This document shows positions 36,000-50,600 of a DNA stretch of 64,000 nt, in pieces. Position 1 is the stretch's first letter. Each line of letters starts with the position of its first letter. This DNA comes from Blasia pusilla (Eukaryota). Made by a program: the position numbers and the translations under genes. The stretch spans positions 41,788,001 to 41,852,000 of the forward strand of contig CM114271.1 of NCBI GenBank assembly GCA_050084515.1, written 5' to 3'. Under the pieces are notes generated by a model, which was not told where the DNA came from, ran no database searches, and saw nothing but the letters and a program-made list of their open reading frames with translations.

Positions 36000-38900
36000 C
36001 CTACCCATAGCACCTTGGTTTAGGGTCTAGGCAGCCAAGAAGCCGCCACGTGCGAATGGGGTTGAGTCTCGTCGAGTGTGTATTGTCTCCATAGAAAGCC
36101 TATTCCCTAGACCACAACCAATATCCCTAAGATGCTTGCCTAAACCGGAGCACATCACTTAATTTCTCAAGGTATGTCCCTTAGCTCAAACCTAAAATAT
36201 GGTCAAACATGCATCAAGGTTAGTTCATGATCAAAGAGCTTGAGCATGTAGAGGGGGAGAGTCTCTCAGCCCCTTAAAGTAATTTTGGGATTCTTTGGGG
36301 GAACTCCATATTTCCTGTTGTCCCCCTTAGGTCCTTGATTTTGGCCCTCAACCTAAAGGTGTTTTGCAACCTGTCCCCGTTTGGCATCTAATTGTTATCT
36401 TGCCGTCCTTTGCATTTCGTGACTAGTCTCGTGACGTCTCGCCTATCTTGACTACTGAAGTGTTCCTTGCTTCTTGTGCTTGACTTGGCACCTAGCTCCA
36501 AGGTCTTTAACCTTGCTTGCCTTGCCTTGCCTTTCCTTTTTCTCTGTGAGTAGTTATTCCCTTTTCTTACCTACGGCTTGTCACAAGACACGTGCACGCC
36601 TCGTCTAGAGGTAACGTTAGTCGTACATCTAGTTTTGCCGCCTTCCTACTCTTTCAACTTTCTAGTATAGGTTTTGACTTTGGTGGGCCACACTAAGATC
36701 TTTCCTCCTTGGACCCACAATTATGATTCGCTTCTCGGGTCCCTTAGCGAGGGTACCACAGACTTAGCTATTTGCAATGTTGCCAAATTTTTAAAAATCA
36801 ATAATTAAAACTTAATTTTTGTGGTTTCTTTGCACATGTTGTACGGCCCTTTTTACATAAAAAATGCCATTTGGGATAATTTTCTTATAAATGAGTCTCT
36901 CTATTTTTCATGCTACATCTCAGTTAGCCAACATATAGAGTTCCACCATATCGACAACATAGAGGATCAACGAGCTATTTGGGCATATCTATGTTCTAAG
37001 ATGTCAAATGAAGTTAGCGTTAGGTTTTTCACATTCAAATCATCATTTCTAAGAATCTTCCTCTTTTGCTATTTTTGGCAAGATGACTCGTTAACCGAGT
37101 CAACGGTCACTAGATAACATGTGCGTAGAGGTTATCATTTGGAGGGATATTTTTTCGGGAAGAGCTTTGGCCTCTTTCCCATAGTATAAGAGAGAGGGGC
37201 ATGGCTTTTAGAACCATCTTTCTCATGTTGAGCACCTCTCTTGCTAGGGTATGGTAGGAGCCAAAATGCTAGAGTAGGGACTCCTTCATAGTGGAGGGTG
37301 GATATGGCTTGATATGGCGGTGTAGATCAAGAGTCAAGTTGGTCGTGTGAACTCTTTTTACTTTCATTTTACATGAGAAAGATGTCAAGCGGAAGAGAGA
37401 TTCATTATTTTCACCTGGGTAGCCAAGTTGCCTTGTTGGAGTGCTGTAGAGATGTTTTGTGAGTGTTTGTTTTATTCGAAAGTTTGCATGCGAATGTGTT
37501 GCCTTTTTTGTAGAGTTTTTCTGATTACAAAGTGACGTAAGGTAGAGCTACTAGGTTAAGTGGAAGAGCCAGAGGTGGATTATCCAATGTGTGCATTTTG
37601 GCTCAAGAGAGCTGAGCCAAGGTATACTGGGCGAGACATCGAGTAGGTGGTCCACATAGGGTGGTGAGCCTTGGGACCGGAGTAATCAAAGAAGAAAGTG
37701 TAAGATGTCTTGGGCTGAGCATATATGGAAGTGCTATGGAGTCCCATGTAGTTAGAGAGAGCTTAGAAGCGGGCACAAGGAGGTGAAACACAGTTGAAGG
37801 ATAAAGGTGAGGTAGTTGGATGGATCACATAGGGTTGCGTTGATACATGGAGGTTGGAAGGAGGAAGTTAGGGCTTGATATGATAAAAAAAGAGAGTTAA
37901 TGTAGGCCATAAGTAGCCCAACCATATAGGGTGACAAGCTATGGGGTTAGCAAGGCTTGGTGGTAACAGAGCCCATAGATCGGGCTACAAGGTAGGGGCA
38001 CGGACGTCGGAGGATAATTGCATGGGGCCAAAGACAAAAGGAGGTCCAAGAGCCATGTACCTAGACATGAGGGATTCAGGTAAGAGGGTGAGAGGGGGAG
38101 TGATTACATAGGTGGGAATGCCTACAAGTTGACTAAAAAATCAGAGTAGAGGTAGTCAATGGAAGAGAGAGCGAGAAAAGTGGGTAGAGGAACTTATGTG
38201 GCTAGAATCACTCATGGTAGGTATCAGACGTGATTGTAGCTATGCTATATAGTTAGTCAAGGTTGGACATGGTAGGTGTCGTGGTTAGGGGATTACCCAT
38301 TTTGTGTGGCAAATGGTCTTGGTGTATAGCTGTGAGTGCATTATTGGGGTTGTCAGGATTTACCTGTGGATTAGGTAGATCGGTGTTGTGTAGATGTGAT
38401 TGACGATGTGGATTTTATAGAAAAATATGTATGCGCACAACGCCTATCTCATATCGTCTATTTTCCTACCAAATTACCAACACCTCTAGTGTGGAGAGCA
38501 GTAAGCTTTGTTCCCGTGTCTCATTGATCAATGAAATGCATGTAGCACGGCTTCACACCATGTGAATTTCTTGTATATGAAGAGTTGTGCATCCTATGCA
38601 TGGTTGTGCAAAAACATACAAGTCTATCCCTAGGAGAGCCATGGACGAAAAAGTCTAGATATGTCCACGGAGATAGACTACAAGAGGTGGGGCCCACACA
38701 TATAGCTCATGATGGAAACTAGGCCAAGGCCGAGTGGGGTAATAAGGCGGGAGGGAGTGGGGAGTAAGAAATGAGAAAGCATGGAACATGTAGGCAAGTG
38801 GGGGAAATAAGAAAGAAGGGAAGGTGGGACCCACAAGGACAAGTCCTTGGAAATATCCATGTCCACGGACACAAAAATTTCCACATGCAACCTTGACCCT

Positions 38901-40200
38901 ATGAGTTCTTGTACGAGCTCAACACCAACACCAAGGCTAACATGAAGATTGTCATTGTCTTGCAATCCATGAGTCTAGGAGAAGAAGTGTGGCTCATAGG
39001 TGAGTTTTTTTCTATGGTGGTGGTGCGGAAGCTTGCACAACACGTTTTGGATGAGCTTAAAGTAGCCTCAGACAAGATAAAAAAGTAAGGCGTCATCAAG
39101 TACATTGGGTTTTCCACATCCACTTTGATGGGTAAGTTGCTCGCTAGACCCAATCTGTTTAATGTATTGCCATTGAGGATTAATCAGAAAGGGAGGCCGT
39201 GTGTTGAGAGTTGTTACCAATTGGGTATTTGTGGTGCAAGAGCACACTACATACATATCTCCATACACACAACACATTGCAGGACTTCATGTGGTAATGA
39301 TGACTACTTCGGAGCCACTTGTGTCAGGAAAATGAGGAGGATAGCATGATTAGAGAACATTGTCCCTAGACAATAAGACCCTCGCATAGATGCAAGCCCT
39401 AAACTCATGCTCTGCATGGGTAGGAAGTCAAAACATGCCCATAGGCTAAGGTCGAAGAAGCTCCAAGGATAGAAAGGATGGATGTATTGATTGAGGCGGG
39501 AAGGATAACAACACGTTAAAACATGGAGAGCATGCAGAAGGATAACAATGTGAACATTTTACAACACACAAGAACATGCAAAGTGTGTGAAAGGATGGAA
39601 AAGCGCAAGGAAATGCATGATGTGCGGAAGCTTTCCCCTACACACAAGGTAGATGGAGCAAACTTGATCAAGGGAAATTTCAAAAACAACAAAAAAGAAT
39701 GTCTCAAAGGATAACACACATGAAGGATAGAGCACAACAAAGAAGAAAGCACCAATGGAAGTATATAGGGAGGTGAGTGGATCAAGAAGGCCGTGAAACT
39801 AGTGAAACCATGTGGACAAGACACTACAACACATTTCCCATGGGAAATGTTTAGGCGTTATGTTATCATGTGTTGATAGATCAACACACCATGTCTAGGA
39901 ACCATCCATAGGCGAATAGGTTGGCAGAGAGAAAGTGAAGAGTGGGTTTGGCAAGTATGGTTTGGAATGGGGATATTTGAGCGAGTGGGACCTATAGCTA
40001 TCATGCTTGGCTAAAAATCCAAAGATACCATAGTTTTACAACTAGGTGCTATCCATACATACGTAACCAATTGGTCCTCTTGGGGACTATCATCGTAAGT
40101 AAGGGAAACCTCTCCTTGGGAAAAAATGGACGATCTTGTGAAGGGAAAACTCTTAACAAAGTGATATAATTTCACAATCTCATGTCTCTTGTGAGGAGAA
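36000..40200 (-). mobile_element. Highly degenerate LTR-retrotransposon (gypsy-like) debris
   Basis: GKPNVLDDAL at ~39090-39120 resembles the RNase H end GKxNVVADALSR; no long ORFs; boundaries approximate. Confidence 0.35.
38600..38894. mobile_element. MITE-like element; related copies at ~55937-56267, ~54632-54790 and a partial at ~62635-62722
   Basis: Terminal inverted repeats atggttg(t/c)..aaaa...tttcca.atgcaacct; internal ggacatgtccacgga motifs and g(g/t)ggcccaca pairs shared between copies. Confidence 0.6.
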
Positions 40201-43200
40201 TTTATTTTCTAATATTTTATTAAAGAAAGTTACTTGTGTAGGTATACTTGGCACATACTTGTGCTATGTATGGTGGAATCTCAATATCTATTTCAAAACA
40301 TTATTATATTCCAAAAAGGATATCCTATACACAAGATATTATATACAAGAATGTCCTATCTCAAAAATTTGTGGAAATAAGAAAACATTGTTTTAGGCAT
40401 ACATGTGTCATTTAAATATTACTATAAATCTCAACAAATGATCTAGTATATGAAAAAGACCTATCCCCGGAAAGGGCAGAGGACACATAAATATCATCCT
40501 ATGGTAGAAGGCTTCAACCCCACGAGGATAAAGATTTTGTTGGCCAAATATGTGTTCAATAATCTCCAAATGAAAGTGAGAAGCTCGCCCCAATCACTTA
40601 GTTACACAACCCCATAGAAGTGACCTATGCGAGAGAAGTATATCACGGTCTTACAGCTAGAAGTCAAAAAGATCCTTTCTTAGAATCTATCATAATTTTA
40701 GGTAGTAATAAATTGATGTGATTGAAACCATAAGATTCTTCTTCCAGAAAGAAAGACAATTCTTTCCTTTTTAGGTTTCAAGCCTTTTGTAATATAATGA
40801 AATTTGTGCCTCCGGTCTTTCCTTTCAGTGAATGTAGGTTTAGACAGGGTCCTTCGTCGAGAGTTGTGATAATATTTTATTGACACCAGCGGGTATGGCT
40901 TTAAGGATCTATTCCTTGTTTTTCCTCATAAGATTCTTCACACATGGAATGCTCTACCCAATCTACTAATAGACTATCATACCCCTACTATTTCTTTCAT
41001 TGATGATTGGGATTCACACATTGTAGCGTGGAGCATGCGAATTGGAAAAAGTTAATAAAGTTCTAAAAGTTGATAGGACTAGTCAAATTGTCCAAAGGCC
41101 GAGATAGTTTCTCAAATTTTTTCCCATGCTTGACTCATGTCAAGCATGGGATGATATGGACAAATAAAACTGTTTTCCGATATTAATATGGAGGAAAAAA
41201 ATATAAGTGGCCTACGTGCAACCGCATCATTTAACGATCACCCTTCCCCAAATTTCATTCTTTTCCTTTTCGAGAACTCTGATTAGATTTAGATAAAGAA
41301 AAAATCATTGAAGGTGAGGTGTCGAGTGTTTGCGCGTTCACGTGACACGGGGGCAGGGAATGGCACTAAAATACGAATTATAGTTATTGTAATATTAAAC
41401 AATTGGAGAGCCATTCAAAGAAAGAACACCCTTCTTCCGGGTGTGCGAAGACGTTGTCCGGGGTGAGGGGCGAAGTCGCTAACTGTGTATGCGGAAAGCC
41501 TTCAAGTGAGTTGCTCCTGGTGAGGGTACAGGACAAGAGGACATCAGCTAACAGACCGCCGGACGCCCGGAGATCGTCCAATCGGAGGCGTCAACTGCCA
41601 GAGCTGCGGTGCGGTTGGGTGCAGTGGACCGTAGGGTAGATCTTGCAGTTGTTTTTCTCTGGGGGTAGCTAGCGTAGCCAATGAGGCAGATGAACAAACA
41701 CTCCACCCGGGGAGTTTTCACGGCGAAATCGGTGCTTCCCAGGTGTTTGAAAAGTGCTCACGACATTTTCTCAGTACCGGCCGGTTTTGGAACAAAAAAC
41801 AAAGGAACACCTATTTACCGGGGAATATTTCCCGGCGATGTCACAAAACAAACGGGAATTCGTAATTGTAACCGGCTAGCCGCTAGCACGGCATACCGGT
41901 ATCCCGGGAAACTAGAGCCGAGGTGTGGTGAGTTCACTGAGTTGCAGCTGACCGGAGGGTAGCCAGCCTAGCTTAGCAGACAGGTGAGCCAGGTCACTTG
42001 GTGAAGCAGAGACTTACTCAAAAGGACTAGGCTGACTTAGTTCAGGTGGCAGGCAGGACGCACGAGGCCTGGCAATCCGCCGAATCGGCGATTCGGCGGA
42101 TTCCGCCCTACGGGCAGGGCGGCGCGGAGAGAGACGAACTTGACAAAGCTTGGCGGAACTCACTGGACTCTGGAGGCGACAAGGGCCTCTGGAGGCCCAG
42201 CTACAAGCCTCAACGACCTGATTTGTTAGCACTAGTACTTGTCGAGCAAGAGCAACACCGCGTATGCTGCGGATCCGAGAGCAGTGAGCACTGAATTACC
42301 ATAAATGCGATGGCAAAATCCTCGTACGAACACAAGCACGAGGCTGTGAGCAGTGCTGCAGGCGCAGTGCGACACTGAAAGCCGGCCGTCTCGCCGGGGC
42401 AGAACCCACGCTTACGTAGATCCACAATTGCCTCGCAACGGACCAGGGAAGTGTGCGGGAAAGGGGCGACTGGTTGGAGAGTAGAGACAACGTCCAGGCG
42501 GTGAGGAATTGGGACACCGCAGGGAGAGAGTGGAAGAACATTTAATTAGTGTGGGAAGTTTGAATGAGCTAAGCGTTTCAGTACAATGAAGTTTGAGTTG
42601 TAGTGTGCGAAGTCAGGCGATGAGGTCCTCGGCTCAAAACGTTTCGGTCTAGGAAGGAACGCGGTCGTGTCTGGGGAGCCCCCTGTCACGCCTCGTATGC
42701 CTGAACAACTGTGTTAGATTTCTAGTGCGGCGCAGGCCTTCGGAAGTGGACGTCGTTTTCTCGCTCCTTCTGCACTCTGTCTGTCCGAGTGGGTGCTTTG
42801 GTTGCGACTCTCTCAGGGATTTAGGTTATTTTGTGGTGATAGCGATCCCAGTTTCTGTTTCGAGGTTCATTCTGCCTGTCTTTCCTCGGTAAGTTACATA
42901 CACGGCTAACGAACCTTTGTTGCGTTTCTGTCACATTTAAATGCCTACGTTAATCAGAGTTGTAATGAGATCGTACTCCGTCTCGCTCGGGATCGGTCCC
43001 CCACGACAGCTCCATTTTCGTTCTTCAGTTTGTTGCCTGTTTGTCCCCTATCACCAGAAACTTGTTCCGTTCCAGGTAGCGAGTGATCTGGAAGAAGAAG
43101 TGGCCAACGAATTCGGCGTTCCTGCCGAATTGGCCGAGATCCTTCACAGGGATGTTGTAAAATGTCTAAATGCGAATGCTAGGAAGAGAGATACTCAACC

Positions 43201-44617
43201 CTGGTCTAAGTCCGATGACGAAACTGCTGGCACCTTGTGCTTAGCTTTCAGCCTTTTGGCGATGTCACCCATATCGGCTACGTTGTAGTGATACTTGAAA
43301 CGGAGCAGTTCTAGCAGATCTCCTGTTGGCGACGGCACTCATCATTACCGAGATTGCCGAACAGGCTGCATCCCGCCCTTAGTATGTAAAGAAAAGGAAG
43401 ATGCTCGAGTCAAGCCAGTGTTCAGCTTCTTCATTCCAAGGCGAAGCAGAATTTGGTCTTCACAGTCGAGTTTGTACAACAAGAAATATCTTGAATTGGT
43501 GGGGTGCTTTTTGAGGCTTCCCCCGAAAATTCAGACTCGGGAAACTGTTGATGAAGGTCATTGGGATTCCCCCCGAGTGTACTACATGCTTGAAGTCAGC
43601 CTTACGAGTTAAATCTTTTAAGTACCTTTGGTTGACTATTATGCAATTTGCTTCACTTGCTTGGGTTATTTTTTTACTGCGTATCAATATTGGTGATTGT
43701 CATTTTGTAGGTGTGCTGGAGAGATTTGGCGCAGAACTTCAAGATTTGCAAGGACAGAAATGGGTGGCCACAATAGGTGAAGAAAAGAGAAGACATTGAG
43801 GGCGGAGAATGTGAATATGCCTTAAATGGCGCAAGTCAAGTCCAAAAATGTGAAGCCTCTGCTGGATACGCGAGAACGAAGTGCTGGGCGCACCTTCGAT
43901 CTAAATTTGATTGCGCAAGGGTCTAATGGTGTACACGTAAGTATTTCTTTTCGGCCTTAGCAGCCACATTTGCCAAACGTCATCGTGGGGGTTTTCGCAA
44001 GGAATCGACTGGCAGGAGAGCAGAAACGTCTGTCGAGAACGATATGGGAAAGGGACTGCTCTCATCAAATGTATTAGTCGATCCTGGTACGTCAAGAACT
44101 TGGGGACTGAGTGGAGAACATCGCTGGGCCTCCTAAACCGTACTACCAAATTTCACGGCGTGTTTGTTAACCAGGGAACCATGTCGAGCACATTTTGAAA
44201 CCTGCAAAGGTCGTCAAAGGTACTTGAAGGGATCGGTGGCAGGGAAATGAATTGCAGCTGGACTATTTGGGAGAAAGTGCCATTCCTCATTTTCGTGCGT
44301 ATGGCGCAGGGACTTGAAGTGTCAGCCGCGTCTACATTTCGTTGACTCTCTTTTTGAACGGTGAGGTGACCAAGGATGGATAGTAACCCTGGTTACGTTT
44401 GTAGGAAAGTAGTTTACGGAACATTTTCCCTCCCAGCGCTGCCGCTGTCGAAGTCGTTTGAAGCTTTACCGTACTTTCTTGATGGTGGTCGAACTCTGTG
44501 TTAATATCCAATATCTGGAGAGCGCTGTCCTTCCTGTTTATCCCCGAGAGCTTCCTTGTTTGGAGAGTGGAAATCTGGGGCTGGAACCACTTTAACCTAG
44601 CCTAGTCAGACGGTAAT

Positions 44618-47600
44618 ATGCTTTTCGCACTCACGTTGGACACGTACGGCAGCTTGCGGTGGACTCATGCTAAGGCACGTCCAAAATATAGGTGATGTAC
44701 GGAACATGGGATGCCTAATTGATCTGGACAAGCGATCGGGAATCCGTTTGTTCACATAGGTTTATCATAGACTGCTCGAATTTTGGGAATCGTGTAGTAT
44801 GTTGTGAACCATATGCAGAATTATCATAGCTTCCGTCAATAATTTCTTGTCGTGAATCCACTGAGTCAAAGTGCATTTGTCTTCAATTCTCCTCGTGTGT
44901 GCAGGTCACCAGCACGGAGAGAGCGTGCCGCGTTACCGTGAACATATTTGATGCCAAAAACTTGAAGAAAAGGGAAGGGGGGCCCGACGCGAAGGACTCA
45001 GTGTTCAAGGTCAAGTTGGAGAAAGTCACACAGCGATCGCGCGAGGTTGGCATTTTCATCCGCTGATGTCTGCAGTTATAGTGAAGTTTGATCTAACAAC
45101 GAGAATGTGATCAGTTTCTATGATGGTATAGGTGCGACTTGCAACCCTCGTACAGGCGAATTGCTTGCAGTAACTGGGGAGCGGGAGAAAATTGTGCATC
45201 CTCCTACAGTTTTGAAGTGATTGGGTTGATGATGAAACTGTTTTTTTCCCCGGTGTAGGTCAAGACAGTCCTGGATGAGAATGGACACGTTAGGGTGAAT
45301 CAGAGCTTCACATTTGATGTGAAAGATGTGAAGGTAAACCCTCGGCAAATGTCTTGTTTTAGGTTTAGCTCTTTTCTGCCTCGAGTCTGACTTGTGTATA
45401 GTACTTACATGCTGTCAACAAAACTATTCAGTCTCAGTGTTGGCCGTATTCTTGTCTTCGTGAGTCCTTGCTGTTCAGCTTCCTGTATTGCCTCTTAGTG
45501 TGCTAAGTTGTCTTACGGTCCTGGTTTCGTGATGTAGTCAGCTCAGCATCTAAAGATTATTTCTGAAACTTTGGGAAGAAAATAGAGCTGTAGCAATCAA
45601 CGTTTTAGTGTGGAAATATGAGTAAAGCAACAGTGCACAATAGGAGAGGTTGAGCCAATGAGTAGTGGATATTCAAATAGTTTTTCCAAATACTGATTTT
45701 CTTTTGTTTTATCATTTGTGGAACAGTCTGCAGTCTTGTCAGTGCAGGTGGTTGCAAGGGGGTTACTGGGTCTAGAAGAATCACTTGGGAGCACCCAGGA
45801 TACCAAGATCACTGCCTTGCTTAATGATGATAATAGTGAGAATTTGAGCTTTGTAGAAGTTTCCTTTCCTCAATATCTGTCTCTTTGAAAGTCTCCGTGT
45901 TATATATGCATCAATTTTTTTGCTCTGTTGCAGCATGTTGAAGAGAACAGCTGGTTTATAATAGGGTAATTCCGTAGAGGTAGGGCAACTTGTCGATACA
46001 TTTAACTCGTACTCCCTGTGTCTTCAGGCCAAAATAATATGGCTGCGGTCTGGTATGATCTGACGTCTAAGGATGGCATTCACAAAATGCCTGGAAAGGT
46101 GATACAATTGTCAAAGTGTTGTTTCTTGTTGCAATGTCTGTTGAGGAATGTGTTGCAGTTCTGTTGTGGATTTGAGAGTGAAAATTCTTGATGTAGAGGC
46201 TATGTCCATTTTCTTGGCTACCGTCTATGAACCGTTTTTGAGAGCCACATTACAGTTTGCTTGGTTTCTCTCAGAATTTGTTCATAGCTTCTATATGAAA
46301 ATGTTTAGTTCCCAGAGTACTTGAAGTTTTGTCAGTGGTGGTAGTTCATATTATAGAAAATAGTGTAGAAGATGGCTGATTTTGGCTCTTGGACAACACC
46401 ATGACTCTTCATGTCTAGAACTAATTTCTCCTGCTTTGTCTTCTCTATCAGGTTTTGATGCACATTGTGGCTGGAATAGCAGAACCAGAACAAAAGATCT
46501 CTTTGTTTGTAGGGACATGGAATGTTGGGAACTCACGTCCGGTAAACCAATCCTCTCATATACATTCATGGGATTGAAATATGTTTCTTTTGTTGCTTGG
46601 ACATACTGTTATTGGATGCTTTGTGAAATGTATATGCCTGATCAAGAACTCACGGGTTGTGCTGTTTTCAAAATTTCTGCAGCCGAAAGATTTGTCCCCT
46701 TGGATTCCTTCGAATTCAGAGTATGAATTGGTGGCAATTGGTTCACAGGCAAGTAATTCTATTTGATGCTTCTCATTTGTATTTCTAGGATATCAAGTAC
46801 AAGTGCCCAGGAAGTTTGTATCATTCAGTTGGGAATAATCTACTCTTCAATCTCTCATGCTCTCTGTAGTGAACGTTTTAGGAATTCATGGATGCAGCAG
46901 TACTTCTGTAGTGGGTGTTGACCCTTATTGCATTTGTGTTTTGGTCAGGAATGCGATTATCCAGCCCGTCAGCCGTTCACGGAATGTGCGAAAGATTGGC
47001 TGCACACACTGAGGTATTTGATATTTTTCAGATTAGCTGGAATAACATAGTCACTGCTGCCTGTTTGTGTGGTAAAGAAATGTGATGTTGGTGGGTGTGG
47101 AAGTTGGCAATTGGTCATGAGGATGCTTTAGTTTCCACGGTTTGTCACCTTTGTCCCCTTAACGACAACCCTACTGTGGGTTGAATGTGATGTCAACATT
47201 TCAACAGGCTTGATTTTTTGTTCAAGTGATCTTGCACTTGTTCACTTGTTGAATGTTGGATGAAAGGCAATTACAGTGGATGGAAAACGTTTGTATTCCG
47301 TGATCTCTTGATCGTTAGTGCAGGACATCTTTTAATATAACATATCATGTATTCCGCAGCTCTCATCTAGGTGAACGATACAAATTGGTACAATCAACAT
47401 CAAGAGGGCAAATGAGGCTAGTTATTTTTGTGCGCCATGATTCAGAGGTAAGTCTTCGTGTTATGTCTCTGAAGATTTAAGTGGTGACAATAAGAACAAG
47501 TTCTGACAAAATTAGGGTAGAAGTTTTTCCTGTAGTGCAGCTAGTCATTACAATTTTGGATGTTAGGCCTTCCTTTCATTTTGCTAGAGACATTGTAGGA

Positions 47601-50600
47601 GTCTTCTAGAGTTGTTTGTGTGAGACTCTTAACTTATCACATTTGCTGTACCGCAGAAAGCTATCTCTGACGTGGACACTGGAAGTGAAGCTACGGGGGT
47701 TGGACATGTTATGGCGAACAAGGGTGGTGTTTGCATTGGATTCAAGGTAAGGCTTACAAGGTAATATTGTAGGTTTGGAGTTCTGACCAGGTTGTTCTGC
47801 TCTTCTCCTAACCAGGAGTAGGAAACCTTGTCTATTTGATTATTTCAAAACTACAGAAATTCAGATAAGAAATTAGGTTCATAGTAACCAGGTGTAGAAT
47901 GATGCTTTGATTTTAGCATGCCTTGATTTATTTTGAAAGGCTTCTTAAATTCAGCAGATCTAAATCCACAGAGAATTAGCTGGACAGTTCTCAGGAGAGC
48001 TTAGAAACATTCCTGACTTTGTTCATAGTGAGACATTTGAAGAAGTATGAAGTAAAGTGATCAGGATTCAAAAACGTGAATTTGAAGTCTCATCTAATTT
48101 TAGTGTTGGAAATTTTAAGCATAAAAATATAAAAACTTACATGTTTCTCAATTAGATATCCAGGCCTGGTCCACACCACAATTTCTTATATCTGGTTGTA
48201 AGCGTTTTCTGAAATAGCTTGCATATCTGACGTTGTCTGCATGTGGTACATGTTGGTTCACAGTTTTGGGATACGAGTTTGTGTTTCGTAAACTGCCATT
48301 TTGCTGCCCATGTCGGGCAATGTGAGGCTCGCAATGGCAATTATCGGGGTAGGCCATACCCACTATTCTCTTTGGTTCATGTTGTGGCATTTTGTCAGGA
48401 GTCAGGTTAAGAAGTGTTGAAATTTGCTGCTGATTTGTCCTGTTTTGTCCATCACTAGGAAGAATTTTTGACTCTGAACATTTAAGTAGGGCTTCTCAGT
48501 GATGTTTTTCCTCACTTGTGAATTCTTGTCACGTGAATCAGCTGAAAATCACCTGCTGAAGATGCAAGTTGTATGTGTTTCTAGAAGATTCCAAGGAGGC
48601 AGGAAAACATCAATATTTAAATGCTGTGGATTGGTTCTTGCAGAGATAGCGGGTCAACTGCGAGTAGGCATGCCAACCATGGACATTCTTAATCAGTACC
48701 ACCATGTCTTCTGGTTTGGTGACCTCAACTATCGCCTTGACTTCTCACACATTCCTGACAAGCCGATGACTCCTGAGTACGTTTTTGATTGCCTTTATTA
48801 AATTATGCTGATTATTTGTTCATTTCTCCCAACTCGGGAAATTTTGTAGCGATCTCGCTAAAATCACCCCCAAACTTTTATGTCCAGTTTGAAGATCACG
48901 TTCTTAATGAAGTGGAGTTGATTCAGTAGTAAAAATGTTCATTGTCTGAAGTATTCAGTAACAGTACTTAAGCAACCAACTTGTTTGGTGGATTATCAAC
49001 CACTTTTCGCTCATTGTTAGCCTTGTCAACCATAGCTGAACTTCCTTGATATTATGCGATGCAGCAAGTGTGATCTTCTTGCTTTTGCTTAAAGTGAATG
49101 TTAACCACTCTGTACTGTTTAACGTATTTATTGCTGATGACTATCTACCTGAAGAATTAGGTGGGGGTATCATTGAATTTACTTACATGCCTGTTTTCAT
49201 GATAAAGTTTTTTCATATTATTAATCTTTTTTGACTTTTGATCGGTCTTGGTAGGAGGGCTTTCTGGAAAGGAGTCGTCAAAAGGATACGTGATGGAGAT
49301 TACAGTGACCTCCTTAACTACGACGAGGTACTGTTCAACAACTATTGGATAGCAAGAAATGACTTTTTCCCCCTTGTAGAAATGACATTTGATGGTTATA
49401 GCGTGGTACAAAATAATTTTAGTGTGACTTACGGCAGGTGTATGTGGAAATTTTGATCTTGACATGGGCAGCTTCATAGAGAAATCGAGTCTTCTCGTGT
49501 GCTGCATGGATTTGAGGAAGGGGACATTGAATTCGCTCCAACATTCAAGGTTTTGACTCTTGATTCTACTGTAGTGACAGATTTAGGTTTTTATATGGAA
49601 GTATTGTCCTCATGTCTGGCAAATTTGCAGGGAGAAGTTTAGTTTTGGCTTTATCAGCGCTTTATATTGTCTACTTTATGATCTTGATTAGTCTTTGTAA
49701 TCTCTTCTAGTTTGACATTCCCCTTGTTCGTTGGTCTGAAGTTTCAAAAAGAGCAATTGGTTGAGTATGACCCAAAGAGAATGCCAGCCTGGTGTGATCG
49801 TGTTCTGTGGCGGAATCTTCCTGGCTGCACTGCTAATCTTGGCAGTTATTTTTCTGCACCCGAGTTAATCACTAGGTATGTTCAATGCATTTAAAAAGTT
49901 GTTGGGATAGTTGTATTTTTGGAGTCTGCAAGCTAAAAGCATGTCAATGCCTGAAAAGAAGATGGTGGATTCCTGTAGGTAGTTGTGGTAGAGACCATTA
50001 TGTTGAAGTGTCCACTTGTGCATAGAGTCTTTGTTCTGCACAAAATTTGCTGCTAACTTTTGTTCAAATGAGGTCACTGTGATTGTCTATACTTTTGTAT
50101 ATTATTGGGTCTGAGTGTTAGTTAATTCACAGAGCTTTGGTGTTATTTCCATGTCACCTACATGGGCCCAGTATCGGGGGAAGTCTCCTTCTAAGGACCC
50201 TTTCTAACTAGTGTTTTGAATGTGACAGTGATCATAAGCCTGTGGCTGCCACATTCTCATTGACAGCATATGCTCTGCCTTCTGCCTTCCTTCCATCGAT
50301 CCTTCAGGAAGACGATGATAAAAGATGGCACATCAAGGTAAAGTGGTGACAGCTACTGATGCTGAGACTTTCATCTTGTAGAGTTTGAAGGAGGATGTCC
50401 GTCCATCCCTTATTTGGGCATCAATCATGTACAGTAGACTTTGAGAGTTTGTGGTGTCCTTGAATGAGAGTCCTCTGACAAGTGCAGAACTCTATTTTAT
50501 GCTGCAGTTCACTTCCTTGAGAGCAAAGAAGCTGCGTGCATCAGATATCAATGGATTCTCTGACCCGTAAGTGTCCTGAAAAGTAGTTTCAGGGATTTCT

